Source: Amycolatopsis sp. (lineage in GTDB: Bacteria; Actinomycetota; Actinomycetes; Mycobacteriales; Pseudonocardiaceae). Taken from it: a stretch of DNA of 64,000 bases. The notes beneath the pieces were generated by a model, which saw nothing but the letters and a program-made list of their open reading frames with translations, did no database searches and was not told the DNA's origin. The translations under genes were made by a program, and so were the position numbers. Positions 1-10,012 of the stretch are shown here, in pieces. Location: assembly GCF_025464955.1 (NCBI RefSeq), contig NZ_JAODNM010000167.1, positions 66,947 through 130,946 of the forward strand, given 5' to 3'. The first letter of the stretch is position 1. Each line of letters begins with the position of its first letter.

Positions 1-2
1 AG

Positions 3-1328
3 GAGCAGAACATCCTGCTCGTCGGCCTGGACACCCGGACCGACGCGCAGGGCGTCCCGCTGCCGCAGGCGATTCTCGACCAGCTGCACGCGGGTTCCGG
101 CAGCGACGGCGGAGACAACACCGACACGATGATCGCGATCCACATCCCGGCCGGTGGCGGCGGAGCGACGGCGTTTTCGATCCCGCGTGACTCGTATGTG
201 CAGCTGGCCGGTGGGTATGGGAAGCACAAGATCAACTCGGCTTACACCTATGCTCAGGTCGCGGCCGCGAGCAAGCTGCGCGCACAAGGGGTAAGCGGCC
301 CGCAGCTGAACGTGCAGGCGGCGCAAGCGGGTGCGAAGAACGCGATCCAGACCGTCCAGCAGTTCACCGGGCTCACGTTCAGCCATTTCGCGTCGGTCAA
401 CCTGGTCGGGTTCTACGACATCAGCCAGGCCATCGGCGGGGTTCCGGTGTGCCTCAACGCCGCCGTGCACGATTCGTACTCCGGTGCGAACTTCCCGGCG
501 GGACCGCAGACCATTTCCGGCGCGCAGGCGCTGGCGTTCGTGCGGCAGCGGCACGGGCTGCCGGGCGGGGACCTGGACCGGATCAAGCGCCAGCAGGTGT
601 TCATGGCCAGCCTGGCGAAGTCCGTGCTTTCCGGTGGCACGCTGACCAGCCCGGCGAAGCTGGGCAGCCTCATCGACGCGGTGAAGAAGACCGTCACGCT
701 CGACCAGAACTGGGACGTGCTCGGGTTCGCCCAGCAGATGCAGAGCATGAGCTCGGGCAAGATCGCCTTCCAGACCATCCCCGTGCTCAACGTCGCGTTG
801 CGCACCCCGGGCGACGGCGAAGCCGTACAGGTCGACCCGAGCCAGGTGCAGGCCGCGATCAAGGCCGCGATCAGCGCGGCCGGCGACAGCGGTACACCCG
901 CCGGTACGGCCCCGGCCCCGGCTGCCACTCCGAGCGCGCCCCCGGCCGCCGCGCCCACGACCGGCGACGAGAACGTCACCGTCGACATCCGCAATGCCAG
1001 TGGTACCAAGGCACTCGGCGACCAGGTCCGGCAGAGCCTCACCGCGCAGGGCTACGGCACCGGAACCGTGTCGGACGTCGCCAGTCGCCGGACGTCGACG
1101 CTCGACTACCCCAGCGGTGACCTGGCCGTCGCCCGCCGTGTGGCGGAGGCACTGGGCGGCGACATTCCGCTCGCCGCCGATTCCAGCCTCGCGGCGGGGC
1201 ATCTGCGGGTCTACCTCGGTGGGGACTACAGCGCCACGGACCTCGACACCGGCACCGCGCAGTCGACCGCGCCGCCGGCTCCCGCGCCGGCCGCGATCAC
1301 CGCCGGTGGCCAAACCTGCGTGAACTGA
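3..1328 (+). CDS. LCP (LytR-CpsA-Psr) family glycopolymer transferase with C-terminal LytR_C domain; 5' truncated by window edge
   Basis: Frame open from base 3 (EQNILLVGLDTR...DTMI...SIPRD...KIN.AY...ALAFVRQRH...DLDRIKRQQ), all LCP motifs; C-terminal V.I.NASG...V.LG.DY is LytR_C-like. Confidence 0.93.
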   Translation, partial: EQNILLVGLDTRTDAQGVPLPQAILDQLHAGSGSDGGDNTDTMIAIHIPAGGGGATAFSIPRDSYVQLAGGYGKHKINSAYTYAQVAAASKLRAQGVSGPQLNVQAAQAGAKNAIQTVQQFTGLTFSHFASVNLVGFYDISQAIGGVPVCLNAAVHDSYSGANFPAGPQTISGAQALAFVRQRHGLPGGDLDRIKRQQVFMASLAKSVLSGGTLTSPAKLGSLIDAVKKTVTLDQNWDVLGFAQQMQSMSSGKIAFQTIPVLNVALRTPGDGEAVQVDPSQVQAAIKAAISAAGDSGTPAGTAPAPAATPSAPPAAAPTTGDENVTVDIRNASGTKALGDQVRQSLTAQGYGTGTVSDVASRRTSTLDYPSGDLAVARRVAEALGGDIPLAADSSLAAGHLRVYLGGDYSATDLDTGTAQSTAPPAPAPAAITAGGQTCVN

Positions 1329-1439
1329 CCCCGGTCCCGGCCGCTGACCTGTGGTTCGGCTGTCAGGTGCTGTGACTGCGCTGTGCATTCGGGCATTCAC
1401 GTTTCACCTGCGCTGCAGCGAAGCTAGGCTCCGAACAGG

Positions 1440-4139
1440 TTGTCCAGTTCTCAGCCCCGGAGGTTCCCGTTGGCACACGGCAGGCGGAAGGTCGCGATCG
1501 TCGGGGCCGGAGCTTCGGGTGTCATCGCCGCTGTCCGGCTGCTGACGACCGCCGAGGAACGTCGTATCGCGCTTGACGTCCTGCTGGTCGATCCGGCGAA
1601 GTCGACCGGTCGCGGCGTGGCGTATTCCACGCGTGAGTCCAGCCATGTGCTGAACGTCCCGGTGGGCACCTTGAGCGCGGTCGCCGGTGATCCGGACCAT
1701 TTCCTGTGCTGGGCCCGCATTCGGCTGGGCCGTGACGTCGAAGCGGGGGAGTATCTGCCGCGGCGATATTTCGGGACCTACCTTGACGAAGTGCTCGAGG
1801 AAACTGAACAACGCGGTGGCACTGCACGGTTGCGCCGAGTGCGCGAGCGGGCGGTCGGCGCCGAACGCCGTGCCGGCGGGATCGCGCTCAGCCTGTCGTC
1901 CGGCGCCGTCGTCGAAGTGCAGGCGGCTTTGCTCGCGATCGGTGTCTTTCCGCCCGGCTGCGACTGGGCGCCTGCCGAAGTACGCGCGTCGTCCAGGTTT
2001 GTCCGAAACCCTTGGGCGCCAGGAGCGCTCGCGTCCATTTCGGACACCGAGGACGTTCTTCTGGTCGGGACCGGGCTCACCATGGTCGACATGGCACTCG
2101 CGCTCGACCGGCCACAGCGGACACTGCACGCGGTGTCCCGGCACGGACTGCTGCCACGGCGTCATTCGTCGACCCCGGTTCCCGACTTCCCGGCACCTGA
2201 TCTGTCGGATTGCGCCGACCTGGAGTCCTTACGCGGCGCGGTTCTCCAGCACGTGCGGACGTCGGCGCGAGACGGGCTCGGGTGGCGGGCGGCCATCGAC
2301 AGCTTCCGGCCGGTCACCGCGCGGGTCTGGAGTGGACTGTCCGAACCCGACCAGGAGCGGTTCCTCGGTTCGCCGTCCCGGTTGTGGGAGATCCACCGGC
2401 ACCGGATGGCCCCGGCCGTCGCCGATCAGGTTCGGCGCATCCGCACCGAGGACAGGCTGCTGGTACGGGCCGGCCAGGTGCTCACCGGCGAAACCGACCG
2501 TGACGGCTTGCGGGTCGTCCTCTCCGACGGTCGTGCCGTGCGCGTCGGCGCCGTCGTCAACTGCACCGGACCGGAACGGGATCCGCGGGCGGTCCGCGAT
2601 CCGCTGCTCTCCGGTCTGCTCGACAGCGGGCTTGCGCGGGCCGGGCCGCACGGCCTCGGGCTGGACACGGCTGAAGACGGCAGGTTGCGGACGGCAGGAC
2701 CGGCGGCGGTTCCGTTGTGGACACTGGGTTCGCTCCGGGCGGGAAATCTCTGGGAGACGAACGCGTTTCCGGAGATCCGCGAGCAGGCGGACGTCGTTGC
2801 CGACGGCATCCTGTCCTTATTGGACGCGCCGAAAACGACTCGCAAACCCCGCGACCGTTACGGCCTCCCCTTGAGTACGACACGGCAGGCGGCCGAGGCC
2901 TTCAACGAAGGCGTCGATCGTATTCTTCGCGGTCAGCATGGAGCTCTGGAACGCTTCGCCGACGCGGTGGCTGCCGATCCCGGTTTTGTGGTCGGCCACG
3001 CCACGATCGCCCTGCTCGGCCACGAATGGGGCGCGCCGGTGGATGTCGCGTCGAGGATGCGGTCCGCGGTCGACGCCGGAGTCGTCCGCACCGACGAGCG
3101 TGAGCAAAGTTTCGTCGCCGCGGTGACCGCGCGGATGGCGAATCCCGCGGCGGGTGGCCGCGCGCTGCTCAGCCACATCGTCGACCACCCCCGTGACGCG
3201 CTCGCGATCAGCGTTGCCGTGCCGACCATCGCGTTCGGCGGGATCACCCGGGGCAAGGATTCCTGGTCGCTGGTCGAGAGCTTGGGCCGGACCTACGGTG
3301 ACGACTGGTGGTATTCGAGTCAGTTGGCCTTCGTCCGGCAGGAGCAGGAACGGTGGGAGGAAGCGGAAACGCTTGCCGCCGGAGCGCTGGCGGAGGAACC
3401 GGCGTCCGGACACGCGGTGCACGCCCGCGCGCACGTCTTCTACGAAACCGGCGCACACCGGCCTGGCCTCGCCTGGATCGACCAGTGGATCCGGCAGTTC
3501 GGCGCGTCGGCGGACGGGCGTGCGCATTTCTCCTGGCATGCCGCGCTGCACGAGTTGATGCTGGTCGACGACACGGCCGTGCGACGCCGTTATGCGCGCG
3601 ATCTCGCGCCCCCGTCGGTCACCGGCGCCCGTGTGCTGGTCGACTCGGCGTCCCTGCTGTGGCGGTGCGAAGTGACCGGCCGGCCCGACGACGAAGCCGA
3701 GGTCGAACCGTTGCTCGAGGCGGCACCCGCGGAGTGGCTGGTCCGCCCGCCGAGCCCGTTCGCGGCGATGCACGCGGCTATCGCGTTCGCCGCGGCCCAC
3801 GACGCGGATAGCTTGGTGCGCCTGCAGCGTCATGCACGCGACCACACGTCGTCCACTTTCGCCGAAGTGGTTGCGCCATTGTGTGCGGGCCTGGCGGCGA
3901 TTGTGGAGCAGCGCTGGACGACCGCGGTCGACATGCTTCGGTTTGTGCGGCCGAAGCTGAGCCGAGTCGGTGGAAGTGACGCACAACGGGAAGTCGTCGA
4001 AGATACTTTGGTGCATGCCCTGATCCGCGCCGGCCGTCAGGCCGAGGCGGCCGACATGTTGTCCGCGCGCCTCGACCGGCGACCTTCCCCGCTCGACGAG
4101 CTTCGGCTGTCCGAACTACCCGTGCGACACGCTGACTGA
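1440..4139 (+). CDS. FAD/NAD(P)-binding oxidoreductase (YdhS-like) fused to a TTC38-like TPR domain
   Basis: N-half: VAIVGAGASG, GRGVAYST, HVLNVP, LVGTGLTMVD, SRHGLLP, HRHRMAP, VNCTGP, GNLWET. C-half from DRYGLPLST with HAVHARAHVFYE, HFSWHAALHEL, GGSDAQR. Start codon (TTG) uncertain. Confidence 0.8.
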   Translation: MSSSQPRRFPLAHGRRKVAIVGAGASGVIAAVRLLTTAEERRIALDVLLVDPAKSTGRGVAYSTRESSHVLNVPVGTLSAVAGDPDHFLCWARIRLGRDVEAGEYLPRRYFGTYLDEVLEETEQRGGTARLRRVRERAVGAERRAGGIALSLSSGAVVEVQAALLAIGVFPPGCDWAPAEVRASSRFVRNPWAPGALASISDTEDVLLVGTGLTMVDMALALDRPQRTLHAVSRHGLLPRRHSSTPVPDFPAPDLSDCADLESLRGAVLQHVRTSARDGLGWRAAIDSFRPVTARVWSGLSEPDQERFLGSPSRLWEIHRHRMAPAVADQVRRIRTEDRLLVRAGQVLTGETDRDGLRVVLSDGRAVRVGAVVNCTGPERDPRAVRDPLLSGLLDSGLARAGPHGLGLDTAEDGRLRTAGPAAVPLWTLGSLRAGNLWETNAFPEIREQADVVADGILSLLDAPKTTRKPRDRYGLPLSTTRQAAEAFNEGVDRILRGQHGALERFADAVAADPGFVVGHATIALLGHEWGAPVDVASRMRSAVDAGVVRTDEREQSFVAAVTARMANPAAGGRALLSHIVDHPRDALAISVAVPTIAFGGITRGKDSWSLVESLGRTYGDDWWYSSQLAFVRQEQERWEEAETLAAGALAEEPASGHAVHARAHVFYETGAHRPGLAWIDQWIRQFGASADGRAHFSWHAALHELMLVDDTAVRRRYARDLAPPSVTGARVLVDSASLLWRCEVTGRPDDEAEVEPLLEAAPAEWLVRPPSPFAAMHAAIAFAAAHDADSLVRLQRHARDHTSSTFAEVVAPLCAGLAAIVEQRWTTAVDMLRFVRPKLSRVGGSDAQREVVEDTLVHALIRAGRQAEAADMLSARLDRRPSPLDELRLSELPVRHAD

Positions 4140-5560
4140 GCCCATCGGGTCGATCGGCGTCAGCCGTCCGGTGACCGTCTCGATCACCGCGGCGGCATCG
4201 AACAGGAGGTTCTCTTCGAAGCGGCCGCCGATCAGCTGGACCCCGGTCGGCAGTCCTTCGTGGACTCCGGTCGGTACGGCGACGGCGGGGAAACCCAGTA
4301 CGGGTACCGCGGTCATCGGCCATTGCGCGGCGATGAGTTCCCGTGTCCGGTTCGGGCCGGTCAGGTCGGCGTCCTGTTCGAACGGTGGTTCGGCGGAAAC
4401 CGGGGTCAGCAGGAGGCGGTCCGAACCCAGTAGCTGCTGGAGCTGGGTGATCAGTGTCCCGCGCCTGGCCATTCCGTTGCCGTAGGCAGCGAAGTCCAAG
4501 CCATCGCCCCAGATTTCGGACCTGATCGCGAGCTGCGAGGCGAGCGACTCCCGGACCGAGTCGTCGCCGAACTCCTCGACCGTCGGCATCATCAGGCCGA
4601 TGTCGCCGATGACCAGCAAGGACCAGAGCCGTGCGGCTTCGCCGAGTAAGGGGAGTTCGATCTCTTCGACCACGTATCCGGCGTGTTCGAGCCGTTCCGC
4701 GGCAGCGGAAAGCGCGGCATCGACCGCCGGATGCGGTTTCGCCAGCCCGACATCGCGGACGACGCCGACTTTCGGCAGTCCGTCGCCCGGTTGCGGGCTG
4801 CCGGAGCGGGAACGCTGAACGGGTCGCGAAGATCCACTGTGGACATGACGTCGAACGCGAGCCTGACGTCGGACACGGTGCGGGCCATCGGCCCGTGCAC
4901 GGCCATGCACTGGAACGACAGTGGACTGTCCATTCCGGACTTGTCGGCGTCCGACCAGATCGGCATCCGGCCGACGGTCGGGCGGATGCCGACCACGCCG
5001 CAGGAGTACGAGGGGTAGCGGATCGAGCCGCCGATGTCGTTGGCCTGGGCGAGTGGGACCATTCCGGACGCGAGCGCGCTGGCCGCGCCGCCGCTGGAGC
5101 CGCCCGGGGTGCGGCCGGGGTCCCACGGGCTGAGTGTGCGGCCGTGCAGGTCGTTCGTGGAGAACCAGCGCAGGGCGAAGGCCGGGCTGTTGCTGCGGCC
5201 CAACATGATCGCGCCTGCCGCGCGGAGCTCGGCAACGCAGAACGCGTCGCCGTCGGAGATCGTGTCGGCGAACGCGGACACGCCCATCGACGTGGCGTGC
5301 CCCGTCTGCTCGGTGTTGATCTTGACGGCGACCGGCACTCCGTGCAGCGGCCCGACGTCCTCGCCCGCGGCGATCGCCTGGTCAGCGTGCCGGGCGGCCG
5401 CCAGCGTGTCGCGCTCGGAGATTCCGGACAGCGCGTTCAGCGCGGGGTTGACCTCGGCGATCCGGTCCAGGCATGACCTGGCCGCCGCCTCGGCCGAGAC
5501 CTGTCCGGTCCGGATCCCGGTGGCGAGTTCGGTGGCGGACCAACGCCAGAGGTCGTCCAT
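4116..5560 (-). pseudogene. Amidase-signature family amidase split by a single -1 frameshift near 4795-4810
   Basis: ATG at 5560 with AGGAG RBS; N-part has GPLHGVPVAVK, PGGSSGG, DIGGSIRYP; amidase C-part (LLLTPV...GLPTGVQLIG.RF.E..L) continues in another frame to stop at 4116. Confidence 0.8.
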
Positions 5561-5582
5561 GAGCACTCCTTGAGCGGGCGTG

Positions 5583-5631
5583 GCAACGTTGTTGTACAAC
5601 GACGTTGCATATGATGTGCAACAGTGTTGTA
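5583..5631. promoter_or_regulatory. Triple TetR-type operator RCAAC-N3-GTTGYA between divergent amidase and TetR
   Basis: GCAACgttGTTGTA (5583), TACAACgacGTTGCA (5595), TGCAACagtGTTGTA (5617). Confidence 0.75.
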
Positions 5632-5672
5632 CCTGCTCGGTGGCCTGTCAACCCTCGGACTAGAGTGTCCGC

Positions 5673-6245
5673 ATGCCCGTGGACGTCGACACCTCCCAGC
5701 GGCTGGACGCGATCGCGTCGGCCACCATCGCCGTCGCGAAGGAGTCGGGCGCGCGAGCGGTCACGATCCGCACGGTGGCCGGGCACCTCGGCGGTTCGAC
5801 GACGGTGGTGACGCACTATGTGCGCAATCGCGCCGACCTGATGGCCAACGCCGCCCGCTTCGCGCTGAGCATCTGGCGCCAGGAGATGGAAACCCGACTC
5901 GACGGCCTCGTCGGCCGCGAGCGCCTGCTCGCCTTCGCCCGCTACTGGACCACCACCACGCCCGACGACCGCGCGCTGCGTTCGCTCTGGATCGAGATGC
6001 TGTCGATGAACGACCCGGACTCCATCGCGCGCGACGCCGTCCGCGAGGAGGCGAAACAGGAGCGTCTCGGCATCCTCGAACTCCTGCTCGGCGAAAACAT
6101 CCCACACCCCGAACGTGCCGCGGACATCCTGTACCTGCTTATGCGCGGGTTTCTCATTTCCAGCGTCGAAGACCCGGATGGCTGGCCCTCCGAACGCGTC
6201 GCCGACGCCGCCGCCATCGTGCTGCAACTGCTGGCTACGGTGTGA
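5673..6245 (+). CDS. TetR family regulator, probably leaderless
   Basis: N-terminal HTH (AVTIRTVAGHLGGSTTVVTHY); -10 TAGAGT 6 nt before ATG. Confidence 0.9.
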   Translation: MPVDVDTSQRLDAIASATIAVAKESGARAVTIRTVAGHLGGSTTVVTHYVRNRADLMANAARFALSIWRQEMETRLDGLVGRERLLAFARYWTTTTPDDRALRSLWIEMLSMNDPDSIARDAVREEAKQERLGILELLLGENIPHPERAADILYLLMRGFLISSVEDPDGWPSERVADAAAIVLQLLATV

Positions 6246-6262
6246 GGTTCAGTCCGTTCTAG

Positions 6263-6445
6263 ATCGCAACTCGCCGTCGAGTTGCGATAGTTAGCGTCCG
6301 CAAGGATCGCAACTCGCCGTCGAGTTGCGGTGAGGGACGCCCCACTGTGCGCTTTTGTGGGGTGGTTGAGCCTTCAAGGAGGGCACTTTTCCACAAAAGT
6401 GCCGTGCTTGAGGGCTCAACCAGGGCGCTTTTGTGGAAAAGTGCC
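6263..6445. repeat. Intergenic palindromic mosaic 1: two A palindromes plus E palindromes
   Basis: ATCGCAACTCG-CCGT-CGAGTTGCGRT at 6263-6288 and 6306-6331; GGCACTTTT-CCAC-AAAAGTGCC at 6382-6403 inside a hairpin 6364-6421; variant at 6424-6445. Confidence 0.9.
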
Positions 6446-6865
6446 GTCGTTGCGGGGGTCGGGGCGGTAGATCGGGCCGCGGGCGATGACCGGGCGCAGG
6501 AGGTCCGGGTCCACCGGCGAGTCCAGGTCCGCGGGGGCGGCGACTCGGCCGTGGTAGCCGATGCGGTCCTGGACGGACTTGTCCAGGAAGTACGCCCCGG
6601 CCACGATTTCCCCGAGTGCGGCGAACGTCGACGGCTGTTCGGCGCGCAAGGCGGCGAGTGCTTGGTCCGGTTCCGTTGCCGCGTCCGGGAAACCCAGCGC
6701 GGACAGTAGTGGCTCGACGAGGTCCGGGCGCACCGAAAGCACGTAGTCGACGCCGCTTCCGGCCACGGAAACCTCGCTCGCGCAAGGCATTCCGACGCCG
6801 GCCGGAATCAGGCCGTCCGCCAGCGCGGCGAGCGTCGCGCGCTGGGTGTCGTCCAAGGTGGTCAC
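6416..6865 (-). CDS. Gluconate 2-dehydrogenase subunit 3-like small subunit (149 aa)
   Basis: GTG overlaps the GMC stop (GTGA) after a GGAGG RBS; LAALADGLIP...MP.AS...AGAYF...V...IGY.G is typical of this family. Confidence 0.75.
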   Translation of the reverse strand: MTTLDDTQRATLAALADGLIPAGVGMPCASEVSVAGSGVDYVLSVRPDLVEPLLSALGFPDAATEPDQALAALRAEQPSTFAALGEIVAGAYFLDKSVQDRIGYHGRVAAPADLDSPVDPDLLRPVIARGPIYRPDPRNDGTFPQKRPG

Positions 6866-8490
6866 GCCGGGACCTCCTGACCACGTCGTGCCGTGATGAG
6901 CTGTTCGGTGCACCGCAACGCCATCGCCATGATCGTGGCGGTCGGGTTCATCCCCGACGACGTCGGCCAGTTGCTGCCGTCGAAGACATACAGGTTCGCG
7001 ACGTCGTGCGTGCGCCCAGAAGGATCGACGACCGACTTGTCCGGGTCGGTGCCCATCATCGCGGTACCCAGCTGATGCCAGCCGGTTTCGCGGATCTGCG
7101 GCGCGACGAACGTGTGGTACGCGCCGGACGCCACAAGCGATTCGCGTGCCCGGTCGAGGTGGAAGTCCATGATCCGGCGGGAGTTCTCCCCGATCCGGTA
7201 GGTGATCTTGGGCGCCGGGATGCCGTGGGAGTCGGTCAGCTCGGTGTCGAGCGTGACCCGGTTGGCCTCCTCCGGGAGGTCCTCGGCGACGATGCCCCAC
7301 ATCGCGGAATGGTTGAGTCGCGATTGGACACCCTGGTGGAAATCGGTGCCCCACACGGTGTTGTGTTCGCCCCACGGCCACGCGCGGGTGGCGTTCACCG
7401 GTCCACCGGTCGGTTGCAGGCCCCATTTCGCCCCGCGCACGAACCCGCGGTCCGTGTCGGTTTCGTAGAACTGCAGCGAATGCAGGTGCTGGCCCCAGGC
7501 TCCGCGCGAGCTCTGCAGGTCTTCGGAGAACAGCCCGGTCACTACCCCGAACGGATGCAGCATGAGCCGTTTCCCGACCAGTCCCGACGAGTTCGCGAGC
7601 CCGTCGGGATGGCCTTTCGTCGCCGACAGCAAAAGCAGCCGCGGCGTGCCGATACCGTTCGCGGCCAGGATCGTCACCGCGGCGCGGGTCCGGTGCTCGT
7701 GCCCGTCGCGGTCGAACCACAGCGCTCCCTCCGCGAGCCCGCTATCGCCGACTTCGATGCGGTGCACCCGGGCGCCGGTGATGAGCCGGACACCGCGGTC
7801 GACGGCGAGCGGCCAGTGCGTGCGGTCGGCGCTCGCCTTCGCGCCGTCCGCGCAGGCCCACAAGCAGGCCGCTCGCTGCTGACACGGTCCCAACGCGCCG
7901 TACGCCCTGGTCGCGATCGCGTTCGGGCCTGGCCACCAGTGCCAGCCGAGCTCGTTGTGCGCCCGCGCGACCCGGGCGCCGGCGAGGCCGAGCGGCACCG
8001 GCGGCATCGGGGGACCGTCGCCCTCGGGGAACGCCGGGTCGCCCGCCAGCCCGGACACGCCGAAAGCCCGTTCCACGCGCTCGTAGTACGGCTGCAGCTC
8101 GCGGTAGCCCAGCGGCCAGTCGTCGGCGACGCCGTCGAGGGTCCGGACGCAGAAGTCCGACGGCAGGTTGCGCTGCCACTGCGCGGCGTAGACGACCGAG
8201 CCGCCGCCGACCGCGTTGTAGTTCAGGACGTCGATGGCCGAATCCGCGCCGTTGATCGGGTAGTCCCCGGCGAGGCCGCGGACGTTGGGATCCCACGCCC
8301 AGGTCGAGCCCGTGTTGATCTCGAAGTCCGGACTGGCCGCGCGGGCGAATTCGTAGTCGGGCCAGTCGCCCTGCTCCAGCACGACGACCTCGAACCCGGC
8401 CTCTGCCAGCCGTAAGGCGGCAACGGCCCCGGCCGGCCCCGCGCCGACTATGCAGACGTCGGCCTGGTCTGATGAAACCGTCAAGGTCAC
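6862..8490 (-). CDS. GMC family FAD oxidoreductase large subunit
   Basis: DVCIVGAGPAG, VGGGSVVY, DWPLGY.EL.PYY, C-x5-C-x3-C (CQQRAACLWAC), LANSSGLVGK.LM.H, HQLGTAMMG, NPTATIMA. Confidence 0.92.
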   Translation of the reverse strand: MTLTVSSDQADVCIVGAGPAGAVAALRLAEAGFEVVVLEQGDWPDYEFARAASPDFEINTGSTWAWDPNVRGLAGDYPINGADSAIDVLNYNAVGGGSVVYAAQWQRNLPSDFCVRTLDGVADDWPLGYRELQPYYERVERAFGVSGLAGDPAFPEGDGPPMPPVPLGLAGARVARAHNELGWHWWPGPNAIATRAYGALGPCQQRAACLWACADGAKASADRTHWPLAVDRGVRLITGARVHRIEVGDSGLAEGALWFDRDGHEHRTRAAVTILAANGIGTPRLLLLSATKGHPDGLANSSGLVGKRLMLHPFGVVTGLFSEDLQSSRGAWGQHLHSLQFYETDTDRGFVRGAKWGLQPTGGPVNATRAWPWGEHNTVWGTDFHQGVQSRLNHSAMWGIVAEDLPEEANRVTLDTELTDSHGIPAPKITYRIGENSRRIMDFHLDRARESLVASGAYHTFVAPQIRETGWHQLGTAMMGTDPDKSVVDPSGRTHDVANLYVFDGSNWPTSSGMNPTATIMAMALRCTEQLITARRGQEVPA

Positions 8491-8494
8491 CCCT

Positions 8495-9973
8495 TCAGTA
8501 CGGGTAAGCCACGGGAGTCCGCTGGAGTCCGATCCATCGGCGTTCGGTGAACTCGTCCAGGTTCGACGCGCCGCCGGCCCGCCCGCCCGAACCGGACAGC
8601 CCGAACCCGCCGAACGGGACATGCGCTTCGTCCAGGCAGGTCGTGTCGTTGACGTGCACCATGCCCGCGCGCACCTGTTCGGCGAACGCCAGCCCGCGCG
8701 CCTGGTCCCCGGTGAACACCGAATGCACCAGCCCGTAGCTGCTGTCGTTGGTCAGCCGCAGGGCCTCTTCGTCGCTGTCCACCACGATGACCGGCGCTAC
8801 GGGTGCGAACACTTCTTCAAGGTATACCGGCATTTCCGGGGTGACCCCGCTCAGCACGGTAGGCCGCACGAAGAGGCGGTCGAAGGTGCCGCCTTCGACG
8901 AGTTCGGCACCCTGGTCGACCGATCGCTTGACGAGGTCGAGCCCGCGGTCGCGCTGTGTCTCGCTGATCATCGGGCCGAGGTTGACGCCGTCGTCGAGCG
9001 GATTGCCGACCACGATGCCCTTCGCCCTGGCGGCGAGCGCGGCGATGTAGGCGTCAGCGACGGAGGCAGCGACGATGTGGCGGCTCGCGCTGATGCACGC
9101 CTGGCCCGAGTAGTGGAACGACGACCAGGCGCCGACCATGCTCGCGGCTTCGACGTTAGCGTCGTCGAGTACGACGAACGCGTTGTTTCCGCCCAGCTCC
9201 AGCGAGACCTTCTTCAGCATGCCCCCGGCGACGCTCCCGATGTGCTGGCCGACCCGGCTGGACCCGGTGAAGTGGATCATCGTGGTGCCCGGATGGCGCA
9301 CCAGCGCCTCTCCTGCCTGCGGCCCGAGCCCGGTGAGCACCTGGAGGACGTCCGGGGGAGCGCCGGCGTCGGCGAAGAGCTCGGCGAGCAGGAACCCGCC
9401 GGTCACCGGGGTCAGCTCAGCGGGTTTGAGGATCACGGTGTTGCCGAGCGCGATCGCCGGCGCCACCACTCGCATCGCGAGTACCAGCGGGAAGTTCCAC
9501 GGTGTGATGGCCGCGACCACGCCGACCGGCACGCGCTGGACCAGGTTCAGCTTGCCGGTGTTGTGGGACGGCAGGACCTCGGCCGTGGCGTGGCTGGTCA
9601 GCGCGGCGGCCTCGTACAGCTCGTTGCAGGCGGCGCCGACCTCGTATTCGGCCTTGCCCCTGATCCCGCCGGTCTCGCGGATGAGCCAGTCGACGTAGTC
9701 GTCGGCGCGATCTTCGAGGAGCCTTGCGACGCGGCGCAGCAGCCCGGCCCGGACGTCGTAACCTGCTGCCGCCCAGCCCGGTTGCGCCGTGGTCGCCGCG
9801 GTGACAGCGGCGTCGACGTCGGCCTCGGTGGCCAGCGCCTGCGACGCCAGCGTCCGGCTGGTGGATTTCTCCTGGGAGGCAAGGGTTTCAGTGCCCAGGC
9901 CGGGCAGCCACGAACCCGAGCGGAACAGCTTGCCGTCCCAGCGCGTCGCGGCCGTTGCTGTCGGGTCGGTCAT
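8495..9973 (-). CDS. Aldehyde dehydrogenase, benzaldehyde/vanillin dehydrogenase-like
   Basis: ITPWNFP, FTGSSRVG, LELGGN, GQACIS, EEVFAP, PFGG. Confidence 0.92.
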   Translation of the reverse strand: MTDPTATAATRWDGKLFRSGSWLPGLGTETLASQEKSTSRTLASQALATEADVDAAVTAATTAQPGWAAAGYDVRAGLLRRVARLLEDRADDYVDWLIRETGGIRGKAEYEVGAACNELYEAAALTSHATAEVLPSHNTGKLNLVQRVPVGVVAAITPWNFPLVLAMRVVAPAIALGNTVILKPAELTPVTGGFLLAELFADAGAPPDVLQVLTGLGPQAGEALVRHPGTTMIHFTGSSRVGQHIGSVAGGMLKKVSLELGGNNAFVVLDDANVEAASMVGAWSSFHYSGQACISASRHIVAASVADAYIAALAARAKGIVVGNPLDDGVNLGPMISETQRDRGLDLVKRSVDQGAELVEGGTFDRLFVRPTVLSGVTPEMPVYLEEVFAPVAPVIVVDSDEEALRLTNDSSYGLVHSVFTGDQARGLAFAEQVRAGMVHVNDTTCLDEAHVPFGGFGLSGSGGRAGGASNLDEFTERRWIGLQRTPVAYPY

Positions 9974-10012
9974 CGTTTCTCCCAGCGTCAGTGTCTGGTG
10001 AAGGCGTCTGGT

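Noticed and set aside
1329-1439. Riboswitch upstream of the flavoprotein fusion
   Set aside because: No recognisable aptamer consensus, and a -10-like TAGGCT sits close to the start
4790-4820. Programmed ribosomal frameshift in the amidase
   Set aside because: No slippery heptamer seen; mutation or sequencing error is simpler
6263-6331. CRISPR array (also 50492-50670)
   Set aside because: Only 2-3 units; the linkers are short and conserved between loci rather than unique spacers; no cas genes
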